A stretch of 64,000 nucleotides of DNA from Camelus dromedarius. Taxonomy: Eukaryota. The notes under the pieces are model-generated. The model did not search any database. It saw nothing but the letters and a program-made list of their open reading frames with translations, and was not told where the DNA came from. The translations under genes were made by a program, and so were the position numbers. Below are positions 50,440 through 64,000 of this stretch, in pieces. The stretch lies in the NCBI RefSeq assembly GCF_036321535.1, contig NC_087437.1:1674001-1738000 (forward strand). The letters are read 5' to 3'. How positions within the stretch are numbered: the stretch's first letter is position 1; the number at the start of each line of letters is the position of its first letter.

Positions 50440-51295
50440 AAATGCTCTGTTAAGATAATGAATATGAAAGCCACAAAGTAAGAGGAAATATTCTGGTGAC
50501 ATACATGAAGAGACTTATAGCCAGATTATATAAGGAATGCCTACTACTACATGATAAGATGAAAAGGTATAAATAAAATGAACAAAAGACTTGAAAAGCA
50601 CTTCACAGAGGAAGAAATACAAATAGCTAATGAGCAGACAGGAAAGTGTGTAATGTTATCTGACAGTAGGAACTATAATGGCCAAACTGAAAAAGACAGA
50701 CACCAAATGTGGACAAATATGTCACAACTGCAACCCTCCCCCTCCTCACTGGTCAGAGTGTAAAACCGGCACAGCCACCTGAGTAGAAGGTTTGGCAATT
50801 TCTTATAAAATTAAACACCTACTCAATGACCCAGAGATTCCAGGTCTAGATATTTATTCAAGAGGAAAGAAAGCAAATGTCCACATGAATAATTTTACAT
50901 GGACAGTCACAGTAGGGTTAATTATAACACCCTAAACTGGAAACAACAGAGATGCACATCACCGAAAATGAACAAATTGGTAAATTCAACACTGTGGAGG
51001 AATTTCAGATATTATACTGGGTGAAAGAAGCCAGACACAATTGCCCATATTGTATGATTCCCTTACTATGAAATTTAAGCACAGGTAAAATCAATCTATG
51101 TGCAAAGAAATCAGAAAAATGGTTGCTTACAGGGATGGAGACTGACTGGAATGGACCTAAAGAAATTTGATATGGTGACAGAAATGTTCTAGTTCCAGAC
51201 TGAGGTGGTGGTGGCATGAGTTTATACATCTGTCAAGACTCACCAAATTGTACACTTGATATCTGTGAATTTATAAATTTTACCTCAAAAGTCCT
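50440..51295 (+). mobile_element. Old L1 (L1ME-like) 3' region
   Basis: aacaaaagacttgaaaagcacttcacagaggaag...gaaagaagccagacacaa...tgtcaagactcaccaaattgtacactt. Confidence 0.75.
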
Positions 51296-51564
51296 TAAGG
51301 CAGCCATCTATCTATCATCTCAGAAATACAGACAATCCTTTCTCAGTTACTGCCTCAAACTGCTTTAAGGCAATGACTAATGGCCACTCTGGGGGTCACC
51401 AGCACTTTGAGACACACCCTCCTGAACTGCCATGCTAATGAGATTGCCTAGAGCTCCTGAATTTCCAGTTCTCCCATTGCTGTTTAAGCCTTTACACGTC
51501 TTACTTCCCTATCACATGGAGTCAACAAGGTGATAGCTTCTATTCATGCTGCCAGTACTACTAC

Positions 51565-51800
51565 CAACCTGACAATGATAGAGCATCTACTGTGTACCAA
51601 GGAAGGAATGTTTGAACAAATAATATCTCAGATATCCCCACAACAACCCCATCAGATGGGTCATATTTTTAAATGCCCATTATACAGGTAAAAAAACTGA
51701 GACAGAATGTGGTTATGTAACTCAGTCTAGATCACATAGTAATTCGTAGGGTTAAGGTCAAATACCACTGTCCCTAACTAATTCCACCACCATACAGTTG
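51565..51800 (-). mobile_element. MIR fragment
   Basis: gcccattatacaggtaaaaaaactgagacaga...agatcacatag. Confidence 0.6.
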
Positions 51801-53886
51801 GCTCATTGCCCTTCTGGTTCCAATGTAAACCAAAAGTGGGTAGAAATATAATTGCATGATTAAACATCAACCTTAGGGTTGGCAAGCTTTAAATCAGGCA
51901 GAGTGTCTCATGTTTCTGTTTCAAAATCCATAAAATGTACACACAAACATGCCCCTCACACCAGACGAAGCTATGTGCAGGAAAGCATTAACACAACAGC
52001 GGTCAAAGGTCATCAGTGCCTTAGCCAAGTGCTTCCTGCATGGAGCGTCCAGTGGACAGGGCAAACTGAGGCATTAAAATGAGTATATATAATTTCCTAT
52101 AAGCCAAATTACATAAACTCACCTATCCTACAGAAAAACCACTATTATGTAGCGGATTGAAAACTTACATCATTCAGGCAAGATGAAAAAACAAACAAAA
52201 CAAAACAAAACACAACTGGGAGAAAATTGGCTGCATCTGACTCCAATCTTCTGAGAGTTGCTGAGAACAAATTGTAACTCACTGTGGTGGCAAAAAGGGT
52301 ATTTTCCATGTTACTAACCACCAGTTTTTCAAACCAAAGCAAGTACAGATGAAATCAAACAAAATGATCTCTCTACACATAAACCTATTAGGAAACGATG
52401 AAATTCTAAACTCTAAAGCAAAGATGACTTTACTTTATCTCGAATTACATTTTCTCACTGTTAATGAGAATCATGTATCATTCGTTAAGTACGCTTGACT
52501 TAAAAACTCCTCTCTCGCCATGGTTGCAAACTTTATAAAAGCAAGAACTGAAATTTCTAATAGCTGTGTTATCTCTGTAACAGTAAGAACTCGTCCTTAC
52601 ACTCAACAGTGTATTTAAGCTAATAAGCACAGGAAACATATTCAGCAGCATCAGTCATTAGGAAAATGAAAATCAGAATCATAATGAGAAGACCTGTTCC
52701 AGGCCACACACTGCAATGGCTATAATCAAAAAGACAAGTAAGAACAAGTGTTGGTGCAGCGACCGTGCTGGGATGAGCTCTCTCCCCGCTGCCTGCCTCC
52801 ACTCCCCGCCTGCCTGTAGGGGGAAGAGGGGCGGGAGGGCACCAACTCTGGATTACTCATCCCCCCCCAGCTAGTTTTCACCTCCACCCCAAGTATACTG
52901 ATAAGCAATGAGTTAAAAAACCCTGGGCCATACCAGCCAGTGTTCCAAAAGCATACAGTAAACATATGCTTTCAAATTGCCAGATAAAACATTTAAGATG
53001 AGGCCATCTCAGCTGCTTCTGAAGTTGTGACTTAGCCAAGTTCTTTTTTGTCTAAGAGCAGTGACATTTACCTAAACAGGGCTTCCACAGCAGGAGCCCC
53101 CAGCTCCAGCAGCCTGCTGTGCACCACACAATGGCCTTGAAAGGAATGTCTGGTCACAGCTCAGAAAGGAACCAGAACACCAAGATAAGCAAACAGAGGA
53201 TAAAACCCCAGCTTAGGAAAAAATAAATAAATAAGCTTCACTGGGCAGAATCATCAGCAGCCACACACAAACAGCATCACTAAAATGTCACAAGGATGAC
53301 CAGGAGGTAGGAAGGAAGAAAAGGGCAGTGAGTGGAGTTACAATTACCCGGACTATTAAAAGGCCTAAAAAGAGGAGGCATTTCCTCAGATCTGCAAGGC
53401 TTAAACCTTGGGTGCACCTCCTCATTTTGCAAGGATTCTGTTGTTCTGCAATGTCTGCATGTAAGGGGGACTGGCAATTATATTCAAAACGGCATGCAAT
53501 CTTTTTACGACAGATAGCTGACATTTTACAGTAAGACATCATTTTGATTTCAAACTGTTGGGTGATTCTTATAATGACTTAAGGAGCTCTAAGGAAATAA
53601 AGTATCAGCAGGTGATCAAATACTAAGAAATTCCTCACTTCACAGGCAGTAATCAGGTTGAAATACTTCCGCCATTACTTCCAAAAATAGAGCCGACAGT
53701 AATATGCAGGCCTTCCTAATTTCAAAACTATAATTTCCACAAATGGTAAAAATACATTCATTTGTTTCTGCATGAAACCATTGTGAAGGAAAAGCTGGGC
53801 TGGTCTAACAATATAACTCACAAGTCTAAGTATTGGAATACTGATCTGAGTTCTGCTAGACTAACTTGTAAATCTAGGTTAATTAG

Positions 53887-54195
53887 TGTTGGTTTGCTGT
53901 TTATGTTTTTTTGCTAGCCAGCTGGGTTTTCAAAGATACATATCTGGCTTTGGAATGTTGGTTTGCTGCCTTCCTGCCTCCACTTTTGTGATGATAATGC
54001 TGCTAAAGCTGTTCCATGCCTATTGGCCAAATACCCCAAGCTTGTACTTTACCCTATTAAACCTCATGCGCACGTCTTGGAGGTGCTCAGAGCTTCGGAG
54101 AAGAAGCCCCTCTGAGTCCGCCGGTGTAATACATCTGAGTACTCCAACCCTCTGAGTGGTGCTTGTTTCTTGACTGGCCTGTCGTTTCCGTAACA
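53887..54195 (+). mobile_element. LTR-like element, CpG-retaining; 3' end clear, 5' end uncertain
   Basis: attaaa followed by U5-like sequence ending cctgtcgtttccGTAACA; several intact CpGs. Confidence 0.5.
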
Positions 54196-55114
54196 CCATC
54201 AATAGACTTGTTTGTGATCTGTGTCAGGGCATCTAAGAAAAATAGCTTGGGGGAAATTTATTTAAATCGGTGCTTTTCAAACTTTGGACCCCATACTCCG
54301 CTTACTAAATCCCATCCTGATATGCTTACTAAAGTTTAAGAATCACTCATTTAAAGATTTTCCTCTCTTCGCACAAATTTTGCAAACATTTAAAAAAATG
54401 AGTTTCATGTTTGAAATACAAAAAAAAAAAAAGCCATCAATATAAGTACATCCCAACACGTCCATGAGCAAAGATCAGCAACAGCTTCCAGCAGCTGTGG
54501 CCCCAGCATGCTCATTAACCCTTTTTCACCCAGCAGGGCAGAGTAGGCCCAGAGCAAATTCCACCAAGGAACAGACACCGGAAAGTCATTCAGTGCATGC
54601 GCTTTTGAAGGAGGAAGCCCCAGCCATCACTGTGATTTGTTTTTCTGAATGTCAGTACGAGCAGTCAGTGCAAAATACTTTAGTTTTATGACCTTCACAA
54701 CATGCCCAATGCCAAGGCCCCTGGGCAAGCACATAAAGGACGTCCAGAAAGGAATTAATAACAGCCAGGCCTCCCCTAGGTGGCCAGTGATCCTCCCCGT
54801 GTCAGTCACATGAAAGTGCAGAATTAACAGCCTGGTCCTGCCATGCTCTGCAGGCTCAGAATGGTTTAAAATTGGGAGGTTTCAAAAACTTAGGTCCTGG
54901 CACTCAGCATTATGATGCTGCAAAGGAGAAGGGAAATCTTTACAGCGACTGCCGTCTAAAGCACAAAGGCTTCGAGGATAAAGGGCAGCACTGAACTGCC
55001 AGTAAGTTGGCCTGAGCCGCCTGCTCAGGATTTTACAGCTCCAAAGGTAAAACGTGAAAATACTCCGACCTACCTTTTAAGAAACAAGCAGATGTGACTA
55101 AGGAATGATTATAG

Positions 55115-55290
55115 CTGTGGTTCTTAGCTTTGGAAGCACACTAGAATCTCTGGAGAGTTATTAAAAGTGCTAAAACCCAGGCCACCCCCTAGACCAATTA
55201 AATCTGAATGTCTGGGGCTGGGGCCCAGGTATCAATATTTTTCAAATTTCCCTTGTGATTTCATTGGGCTGCTAAGGCTGAGAACCATTT
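55115..55290. mobile_element. MER5B-like DNA transposon
   Basis: gtggttcttagc...tagaatctctggagag...ccccctagaccaattaaatctgaatgtctgggg...ggctgagaacca. Confidence 0.7.
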
Positions 55291-56239
55291 AAGGGAACTG
55301 AAGATAACCACGCACAGTTATCTGACATGAGCAATCTTCCCCTAAATATGTTCAGACTTTCCGTTTTAATTAATAGAACTCTGTTGCCTAAAGCAAGAAA
55401 TCACTGTGACTTAGTGATTTCAAACTTATTAGTATTCATTTTTTAGAAGCTAAACAGAATATTTTAAATAGTCAATTCACTTCTTCATTAAATTTGTTTA
55501 TTTGTTTCATTAAATTTCATTAAATTTATTATATAATTTAAAAAGAAGAAGTCTTTGTTCCACAGAGTTTGATTTTCCAATTTACCCATAATCTGCCTTC
55601 TCTGTTGTGTTTTGTCTTTAGCATTATTCATTCACACTTCAATCAAAAGAAAGGCAAAGAAACGAAAACAGAGAAGATGAAAAGTCTAAATTTACTCATT
55701 TTTTAAAATGTTGAACCAACTAGAATTCAAAAAAGACTATATGTTTCTGCTTCAAATCTGCTAAAGTTCAGCTTCACCCAGGAGTACTCAGGTGGAGAAC
55801 TGGTCAGGTCCCCCTGAAGAAGAACCTCTCCCTGCTGCAAGCCACACACGTCAGCTCCAGCCGTCACCTGTGTCAGCCCGTGCACAGCTCGTTTCCCCTC
55901 CACCCCAAGATGTATTTATACTTCTGCCAACATGAAGTCAGCCCTTCCACTCACTGTCACTTTTGTGTGTATCCCAGCACAGCACCACATAATTAAATCA
56001 AGAAGTATATACTTCCAGAAAAGTGGAGACTCTGATCAGCACAAAGACTGAGAATTTGGAGAAGCTAAAGATTCGATTTATCCACACTTTTTGTATTACT
56101 CAAATAGCATAGTATTCAAGGGCTCATTATGCAAATAACATCACATTGTCTTCCAAGAAGAGTGGTCACCCCAGCCGGCGCTAATAACACCTGTAAGAAC
56201 CAGAAGGAGACATTCCAGCTGTGGAGACATTGTTGATGA

Positions 56240-56405
56240 CCAAGAAGAGTCCAGGCCCTGGTGGCCCAGGGCCACACTGACTGTGTGAGCAAGTCTGTTT
56301 GCCCCTCTGTGTCCCAGGATCTGCAAAATGGGGGTCATAATCCTGCCCGCATTATGGTGAGGATTAAATGCGTTGGTATCCGTACAACAGCTGTTAACTA
56401 ATATT
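56240..56405 (+). mobile_element. MIR fragment
   Basis: atctgcaaaatgggggtcataatcctgcc...gtgaggattaaatg. Confidence 0.65.
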
Positions 56406-56862
56406 AGTACAAATTAACTCCTGCCCTTCACGTCCGATTCACTGTTCCATGTCAGGAAACTTAAGTCCCAAATGAAAAGGCAGCTCCTTTTGTAGTAAAT
56501 GACAACTTCAAAATCACTTCTGACAGGCAGACGCCATGTGAAAAGGACCATGGAGACAGGAGAGCAAACCAAATGCATGCTTTGACTCTTTTATTTCTTT
56601 GCTGGATCGTCCACAGTAATGACTCAAAGTAGCTTTCTTTTGTCTCAAGTTTCCCTCATCTAATAAATTACTTTACTCTAGAACACAGCAAGAAGAAATG
56701 AAATCAGCCTGATCCAGATATTGATAAGCCCTGATCAATTGAAAATTTATAATTCAATCACCAGTGAGGTGTCCAAAAGGTTTCATTAAATCTTTTGCAA
56801 CATCTTTCTCACACTTGGCATTAAGTCATGGCTGAGAAGACTTTCTTCACCTCAGCAACGAC

Positions 56863-57069
56863 TCCAGGAGCATCCCCCAGGACCCTAGCCGTGGGACCTG
56901 CCCAGCACGCTCTCTCTCCTCACATGGGGGGAATCCAGGAGCACCCCAAGGACCCCAGCCGTGGGACCTGGCCTGCACGCTCTCTCTCCTCACACGGGGA
57001 GGATCCAGGAGCACCCCCCAGGACCCCAGCCGTGGAACCTGTCCATCACGCACACTCTCCTCACACAGG
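56863..57069. repeat. Minisatellite, 3 copies of a ~70-bp unit
   Basis: TCCAGGAGCA..CCC.AGGACCC.AGCCGTGG.ACCTG...CTCTCCTCACA starts at 56863, 56934 and 57004. Confidence 0.95.
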
Positions 57070-57799
57070 TCGCCCAAGAAGAGCTCAGTGCTTTGAGTCA
57101 GGGGTCTTTGATGAGCGCACTTTCTCGGCCAGAGGCTTTTCCTGTTTGAATGTTCCTTTGTTCTTTGTTTTTATTTATTAACCTGCCATAAAATGCAAAA
57201 CTGTTCAGGATGGACTTTACTCATTAGTGTCATCCTGAAATAATGATTTAACCTAAATCTGCTAAGTCTCTGTGGACTGAAGATAAGTACTGCTGGAAAT
57301 ATGATGTTATTAATCCAATGCTGTAAACCCCATAGTCAGACTTTTCACCAAGTCACTCTCCACCTAAATAACATGTATACTTAGCTTTACGGAACCTTGT
57401 ATTTGGCCAGCAAATCAGATTGCGACAAGTCGCTTAATTTCTCTGCAAATCAGCTTCCTTATCTATAAAACGATAATAACAGAGTAAAGGGCTCTGGGTT
57501 CCCAAAAGACTGACCTAGGGTTCCTCAAAATGCTGAAGATCCCTGGTACACCTGAAATAGGATTCAATTTACAAAGAACTGATCTACCCACAGCTTTTCA
57601 AGAGCAACCATATTGGCATAGACATAAGTTTATTGGATCAATGAACCATCCAACACATTTTTATTGAACATTTAGTACATGGAATGTGCTGTGTCAGCTA
57701 CAGAGAACACAGAGGAGCTCATGCATAACTGGGATGTGGAGAACAGGTGTGCAGACATGGAAAGCTAGGTGACCATTCAAGGAAGGTCATGGAGGAGAC

Positions 57800-58328
57800 T
57801 GATTGTTAATTTCATGTGTCACCTTGACGGGGCCAAAGTATGCCCAGACAGCTGGCTAAACTCTGTTTCTGGGTGTGTCTGGGAGGGTCTTTGGGGAAGA
57901 GATCAGCAGTTGAGCCAGTGGACTGAGTAAAGACGGCCCTTCTCACTGTGGGTGGAGGTCATCCAGCCCCTAGAGAGCCTGAACAGAACAAAAAGGAAGA
58001 GGAGGGTTGGATTGGCCCCCTGCCCCACCTGACTGAAGAGCTGGGACGCTGATCCTCTGTCCTCTGCACTCCTGGTTCTCAGGCCTTAAGACTCAGACTG
58101 GAATCTACACCACAGTCCCGGAGGCTGGCAGAATCTCAAAATACACCACCGGCTCTCCTGGGACCCCGGCCCGCAGATGGCAGAGTGTGGGACTTCTCTG
58201 CCTCCATGTTCACGTCTCTCTCCTCCTCCTCTTCCGTCTCTGTTTCTGCCTCTGTCTCTCTGTCTCTGCCTCTCCCTCTCCCACTGTTACATCCCATTGG
58301 TTCTGTTTCCCTGGAGAGCTCTAATACA
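57800..58328 (+). mobile_element. ERVL solo LTR (MLT2B/D-like)
   Basis: gttaatttcatgtgtcaccttgac...ttctgggtgtgtctg...gtggactgagtaaag...ccattggttctgtttccctggagagctctAATACA. Confidence 0.85.
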
Positions 58329-60114
58329 AGCAGCAGATGCTGAAAATCTCAAACTCTCTAACCCACCTCTGACTCTCAGTCCTGGCCATCTTCTTCCTCC
58401 ACTCCATCACTTCTCGGTCTCTGGCATCAGTGTGACTACTAAATTCTCAACCACTCCTTCTTTCCTAGGTCCAGGAGCAGAGTTTGCGCCAGGACATAGT
58501 TGTGTCTGGGCCCATAACACAACCTCACACATGACCAAGTACCCCCTGGGAGAAGCTCAGCCATGCCCACCATGCCAGTGCCCAGACCTGCGTGCTGTGC
58601 CCTGCTGTCCTTCCCTCGTCCTCCTTTTCCTCCTACCACACCAGGCAGCTCTGCCAACTGCTTTGCTACAATGCCAGCTAACCCCATTCAGACCCTCAGT
58701 TGCTTAAAAAGAAACAATCTCTTATGGAATCCTTATCACACTGACTCTCTCACAACTTCTCTGGCACATATCACCTCTCTGCAGAAGTGGCAGCCTCTCT
58801 GCCTCCACTGAGTGCCTTCCCCTTGCCTACACAAACATGAGGAGATCCCCCGTGACATCCGGGTGACAGCAAAGGTGACTCTGTCCTTGGACACCATAAT
58901 ACAAGTGCCTCTGCCATCCTCGCCCACGTACTATGGGAAGTCCAAATCCCTCCTCAGCTTTGCTGCTAGTCCCCGAGAGGCAGGTTCTCAAGGTCGCATC
59001 AGCGAGGCATACTTGCTTCCACTCACGGCTACTGGCCCACAGCTGCATCTCCTGTGTCCTGTGGTCCATGCTGACCCAGCAGAACTTAGGGCCCCCCTCT
59101 TTTTTGGTACGACTTAAATTCTTCATCTCTCTGCTCCATTCTGCCCAAAACATTGGCCCAAAGTGTTTCCATGCGTGACACACTTCACTGACAGGGCAAC
59201 AGAGCCAGGGCCCTGCCCTCGCCCTCCCTAAGGACTCTGCACACCTGCCTGTGTTCTACTCTGGGGGCCCCTTTTCCAGGCCAGTCCCACCCAATCAGCT
59301 CTGCGCTTATATCTGCATATCCAAAGCCACCTCCTTGTTTCCTCGAGAACAAAGAGCCTCAAACTCTGTTTCCTTTATCAGCAAAGAAACGGCACTCTGC
59401 TGAAATGGCCGCCTTCCCTCTGACCCCTCTGCCATCAATCTCTGAAGGCAGAAGAGAAAAACAGACATTTCCCAGATAACAAACATTATACCACATCTTT
59501 AGAGGCAAGAGTGGCTATATCTGTTTTGCTTTCAGTTTTGTTTTTTCCCTGTTTTGTCCATCTTACACTTTCCTCAAGCTGGATGCACCTTCTAGCCACC
59601 CGCCCCCACCAGCCTCCCCATCATAACACCATCTGAGGCAGCATCACTGTGCCACGGCAGTCCTGTCACTCCCCGGATTCCACGTATTTAACAACAGGGG
59701 TCTCGAGCCACTCCCTCAAGTGGCCTCGGTGGCTCCACACTCCATTCCTGCTTCTGGGGCCAGTCCTCTCTCTCAAGAGCACTCCTCCTCTTCCTTTCTG
59801 TGCCAAGACATCCTATCCCTTATCTTTTTCTGCTTAACCCCTGTCCCACCATATGCAGGCTACACCACCACCCTCTCACCCCTCGTCTCTGAAAGATCGC
59901 CCCCAGCCCTCACCGCTGGCTCTGCTACTCCTGGTTCTGAGTCACCTCCTCAGCTGCCCGCTGGGCACTTCCTCTCTGCCTGTTCTCCCTCCTGTCTGGG
60001 CTACTGGGAAGCTGGCCATCCCAGTGCTTGGTGCCCCAACCCCAGCACCATCAGACTGTTTCTCAAAGTGAGCCCAGTGCAACCCTGTTCTCAAAAGCTC
60101 AGTGAACATGGGAT

Positions 60115-60600
60115 TCTGCCTTTGCCCAGGTCCTCCAGGAAGCAGAGCCTGAGGCAAGGATTAAATGCTGCCATTCTAGGGAAGTACATGCCAGGGCAGA
60201 GGATGGAGAGACCTGAGGCAAGGAAAGATGCAGAGTCATCAGGGTGGTGATGACGGCACAGACTCAGAGACACATCAGCTCACCTGGTGGATGTGTCCAG
60301 GCATGTGCAACTTCTCTGAGAAGTTCTCAGAAGAAAGCACACCTTGGAGCAAACTGCGGAGGGAGAAAGGATGGAAAACCGACCCGCTCTGCTCTCTCCC
60401 AACCCCCATGGTCGAGAGTCGCCTCTGAGAAGCTAAGCACCACAGGAGGCCCAGGCTGCATCACCCACCCCTCAGTCGCCCCAGGGAGCACTGCCGCGGG
60501 GCCTTTCACCCAAGTCCAGAAGCGGAGCGGGGACTAGCTCAAAGTTGAGTTGGGCGGAAGGGCCAGTGGGGCTGTGGCCACGGGTTAAACTGGGCCGGCA
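60115..60600 (-). mobile_element. Old ERVL LTR (LTR33/LTR16-like) remnant
   Basis: caggaagcagagcctgaggcaaggatt resembles the conserved end motif of the LTR33/LTR16 group; boundaries approximate. Confidence 0.4.
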
Positions 60601-63600
60601 GCACCTGAGACAGAAGGCGAGGCCAAGGGTCCCACCTGGTCTGTGTTCCACTCAAGTTCTACGTCACATACGTTTGAAACGATGCAAAATACATCCCCGT
60701 CCAGAAAGCCACAGAGTATACTAAAGTCTCTAAGAAGTCTTACAATGAAGACCTATGTATTTCCCAAACCTAATTTCAAGCACAGAACCCTTTTCTTCTC
60801 CCAACACCCCAAACTAGGTTCATAAAAACATACTCTGAAAAAATTATTCACAGCAATGTACTCTCCTTGCTGTGCAAACTTTAGCAACGTCTCCATCAAC
60901 AACCGCTTCATGCTGGCACCTGGTTCCTCCTGGGACAGGGAAGGACGGCTGGTCTCTGACCCCAGACTGGGGTTCCAGCCTACTTCCTAACAAAGCGCTG
61001 GAGTCTAGCCTTCACTCCAACCAGACTGACTCCCAGGGCTCCACAGGCCCTGAGTGCTCCTCTGTTGACCTGCTGCTGCCCAGACCTGCTGCCCCAGATG
61101 CCACCTCCTCTGCGCCGCTCCCTGTGACCTTGCAGGTAGCCGTGGTCTTCTCGCCTGTGCCCTCCTCTGCACGCCGCACCTCTCAGAGGGCACTGAGGAC
61201 CCCCGCCTCCTTTTTAGTATTTCCCTTTCACACTGTAGAGGCTCAAAGGCCAGCAAATTCATTTCTGTGTCTCAGGGAGAGCCCTACGTGACGGGTCCAC
61301 ACATAATAGCAGCTCAGTGAACGAACTGGAAGTAAGTACGATGAATGGGGTAGAAACAACCTGTCGAAGACATAAGTACGGACGTGGACCCCATCATTTC
61401 AGCTCCTCGCATGTTTCCAGCAATAGATTGCTGGCTCTCCTCGTGTTTTAAACCTGTTTTAAACAGAATCTGATTTCAAGGTAAATAAAATATTATTTAT
61501 GAATCAGTCAACTTTAAGAGCAGTTTGGCACAAGAAGAGGAAAGTTTCAAAATGGTAACATAATAAACTGAAAATTTGTTTACTAAGAAAGCAGTTTACA
61601 CCCGGAAAGATGGAGGACATTATTTTAGAGCAAGAACTGCCAAATTTACATACTCTTGGGCATGAATGATAATCCTCATTAGGCTGAGAGCTGTAAACAA
61701 GGTCGTGCTGATACACAGGTCGCATGGCTGCAGCCAGAGCCTAAATGGAAGGAACAAACCGAGGCTGGGAGAATGTTTACACCAATTTGTCCACAGTCTA
61801 CAATTTGTTTCTTTATCAAAATGCCTTTTCCCCACGACCCCACCCCCACTGTCAGCTTTCGCCTGAGTAACAGCAGTGGGACCCTGGGAATGCAGGTTCC
61901 CTCGGGCTTGGGAATCACTGGGTGTACACCCATAGCCTAAGTGAGTCCTTTATCATCTGCCACAACCCTCCCACTGTGTGTCATTCTCTCCAGCACCACA
62001 CGGCTCCTTGATGATGAAGTCCTTGCCACACACAGGCCACAGAGCTAACTGGGGAGAGAAGCTGCAGAAACGGGAAGGAGGCTGGGCTGGGGAAGCCTGA
62101 AGGCCCACCAGAGACCAAAGGGACTCTGCCTCCTTGCCGGCAGATTCGGCGCGGAGACTGGACCTGATAGCTCTTTCATAAAGCCCCCTTTTGGGAAAAC
62201 TGAAAGCCAAAGGGGAAACTGTAACACACATCCAGGAAAGGGAGGCACAGGAAGAGCAAGGAGCCCCCCCCTCATCAGCGTGAGGTGCATCAGAGGAACC
62301 CACTCAGCCCTCGGCCCATCCTCCCTCTGCCCGTTTCTCTAACAGCTCTGGCACTCCTCCAAGCAGAATCAGCCAAGGCATCCGTCGCAGTCCTCTGTGT
62401 CGCCTGGGCACACAGAAAAGGAGGAAATCCCACTCTCTGCCCTCAAGCAGCTTATAACAAGGCAGAGGGACAATGTACCAAACAAAAACTTCATGCAAGC
62501 CAGTCTCCTCATTCGTGACAGAGACTGCTGTCCTCATAGGGCCACTGCAGGAAGGAAATCCTCAGTTTATTTCACTTTAATTTGACTGAGAGACATGGAA
62601 AGCTCTTGGCACAGGGTTCAATGCAGACAGATTTGGATAAATAGCAAGAAAATGAAAGACTTCCGGGGGTCACACGGAGGGAGGGAATCCTCCAAGAGGG
62701 CCTACTGCACAGAAGGGGCCGCCTGAGGCAGAGCCAGGGGAGCGTGAAGGAGGCCCGCTCCTGCACACAGGGACCCCGGGGGCCCCCCAGGCCCCACCAG
62801 GGCTGCACGGTGCCCAGGTCCCTCAGCTGGTGACCAGCGGACACCAGGACCCACTGGCTGGGGACCCAGGGCCAGGCACCCGTCTCCCGTCGTCTGCTTT
62901 TCCTTGTGTGTAAGATGGCTCAGATAACAGGACTGGCTGTGTGGTTCCTGGGACTAGAGGAGGATGTGTAGACAAGTGTAAGGAAGGGAAATGTAAAGCT
63001 AGGCTGCGGGTGTGCAGGGGGGCCTGGGATTCCAGGGGGAGGAGCCAGGACTTAAGGGGCCCAGCGCCTCCAGCTCCAGGGGATACACGTTTGGCCCTGT
63101 CTCTCTGCGAGGTGGACTGGACAACAGGACTCAAGTCAGGAGGCGGTTGTGAAGGCACCGGGGAAAGTCAGGAAGCCTGTCCGCGGTGTGGAAATGTGAA
63201 CGGATGCACTCCATGTCCCCCATTGCTCAGACGCCCAGCAGCAACCAGGGAAATTAAGGTGCTGGTCCCCAAATGCAGGCTTAGGCAGCCCCAGCAAACG
63301 GCAGCAGGCTTCGGCTTTGCAGAGACTCTGGGTACAATTCAAGGACCCACTTTCCTCCTGAGTCAAGTAAGCATCTGGAACTAAACGTAGATGCTCTAGT
63401 TTCCAGGGCAATAAAGAAACGCTACTTTTAGTTCGTACACGTGGGCTTCCTGCAGACACAACACAGCCACATACAGGACCGTGCGTAACTCACACCAGGG
63501 TGAGCGATGTCTCCTCCACTGGAGAAAGCTGGTAAGGCAGTTCACACAGAGCAACAAAAACATTCAAGGAAAAAAGGTGTCTGCTGGAGAGCTGACGGCA

Positions 63601-64000
63601 TGGCACCCATGCATGGGATCAGTTCCTTCAAACACCACCGTACTAAGTCCAGGGATCTCTGCGTGTCACCACCACCACCCGGCCACACACCGGGGATTCT
63701 CTGCTCAGTCCCCTGAGGAAGAAGCAGGCGGCGTGCAGCGTACCTGCTCTGGATGCTCTGCACTGGGTCAGAGTCAGACTGGGGTGTCTGGTGTGCTCTC
63801 AGACGCCTTCACCTGGAGCAGGCCACTGCCTGCTCTGTAAACAATGGTGACCCCAAGGAACCTACCTGGGGGCGAGGGACATGAAAGAGAAGTCTGGGTA
63901 GCACGACATTATCATTCTACATGATTCATAATGGCACACGAGAGACCCAAAGCACACCTGATTTGATGGAAAATTCTGTCCAGAGCTGGAGACAATGAGC

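Noticed and set aside
52117..55090. Minus-strand 5-nt microexon (52123-52127) and AG|GT recursive-splice-like motif (~55075)
   Set aside because: Isolated motifs with no supporting gene context
58177..63840. Many long overlapping ORFs (up to 176 aa)
   Set aside because: Expected in GC-rich DNA; they occur on both strands, partly inside LTRs, with no recognisable domains or convincing splice structure

Overview
Mammalian genomic DNA, most likely camelid: it carries short tRNA-derived SINEs of the Vic-1 type and lineage-restricted L1 tails, and no Alu, B1, Bov-A/BovB or CAN SINEs were seen. The window is dominated by interspersed repeats (L1, L2, MIR, hAT/Tigger DNA elements, ERV1/ERVL/MaLR LTRs). 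I could not identify any intact, named protein-coding gene; the ORF track is mostly noise plus L1 ORF2 remnants. Non-routine content is concentrated at 34.4-47 kb: (i) an isolated array of about 6 copies of a ~245-bp satellite-like unit; (ii) a ~425-bp direct duplication with copies ~4.9 kb apart; (iii) a minus-strand, intron-containing pseudogene relic (promoter-like motifs near 46.8 kb, phase-compatible exons at 46115-46410 and 43293-43500) whose stops and excess Cys/His/Gln/Trp codons look like CpG-decayed Arg codons of a basic Arg/Ser/Pro-rich protein, and whose first exon contains a (TTAGGG)-type tract reading NPNPNPDPN; (iv) a shift from AT-rich DNA on the left to more GC/CpG-rich DNA on the right. 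Together these suggest a rearrangement or segmental-duplication junction. The left part also has a chain of plus-strand small-exon splice signals that may belong to an unidentified gene (low confidence). Several L1 insertions show mechanistic signatures: 3' transduction, twin-priming inversion and an extremely short insertion. Repeat family names were assigned by eye from remembered consensus sequences, not by running RepeatMasker.
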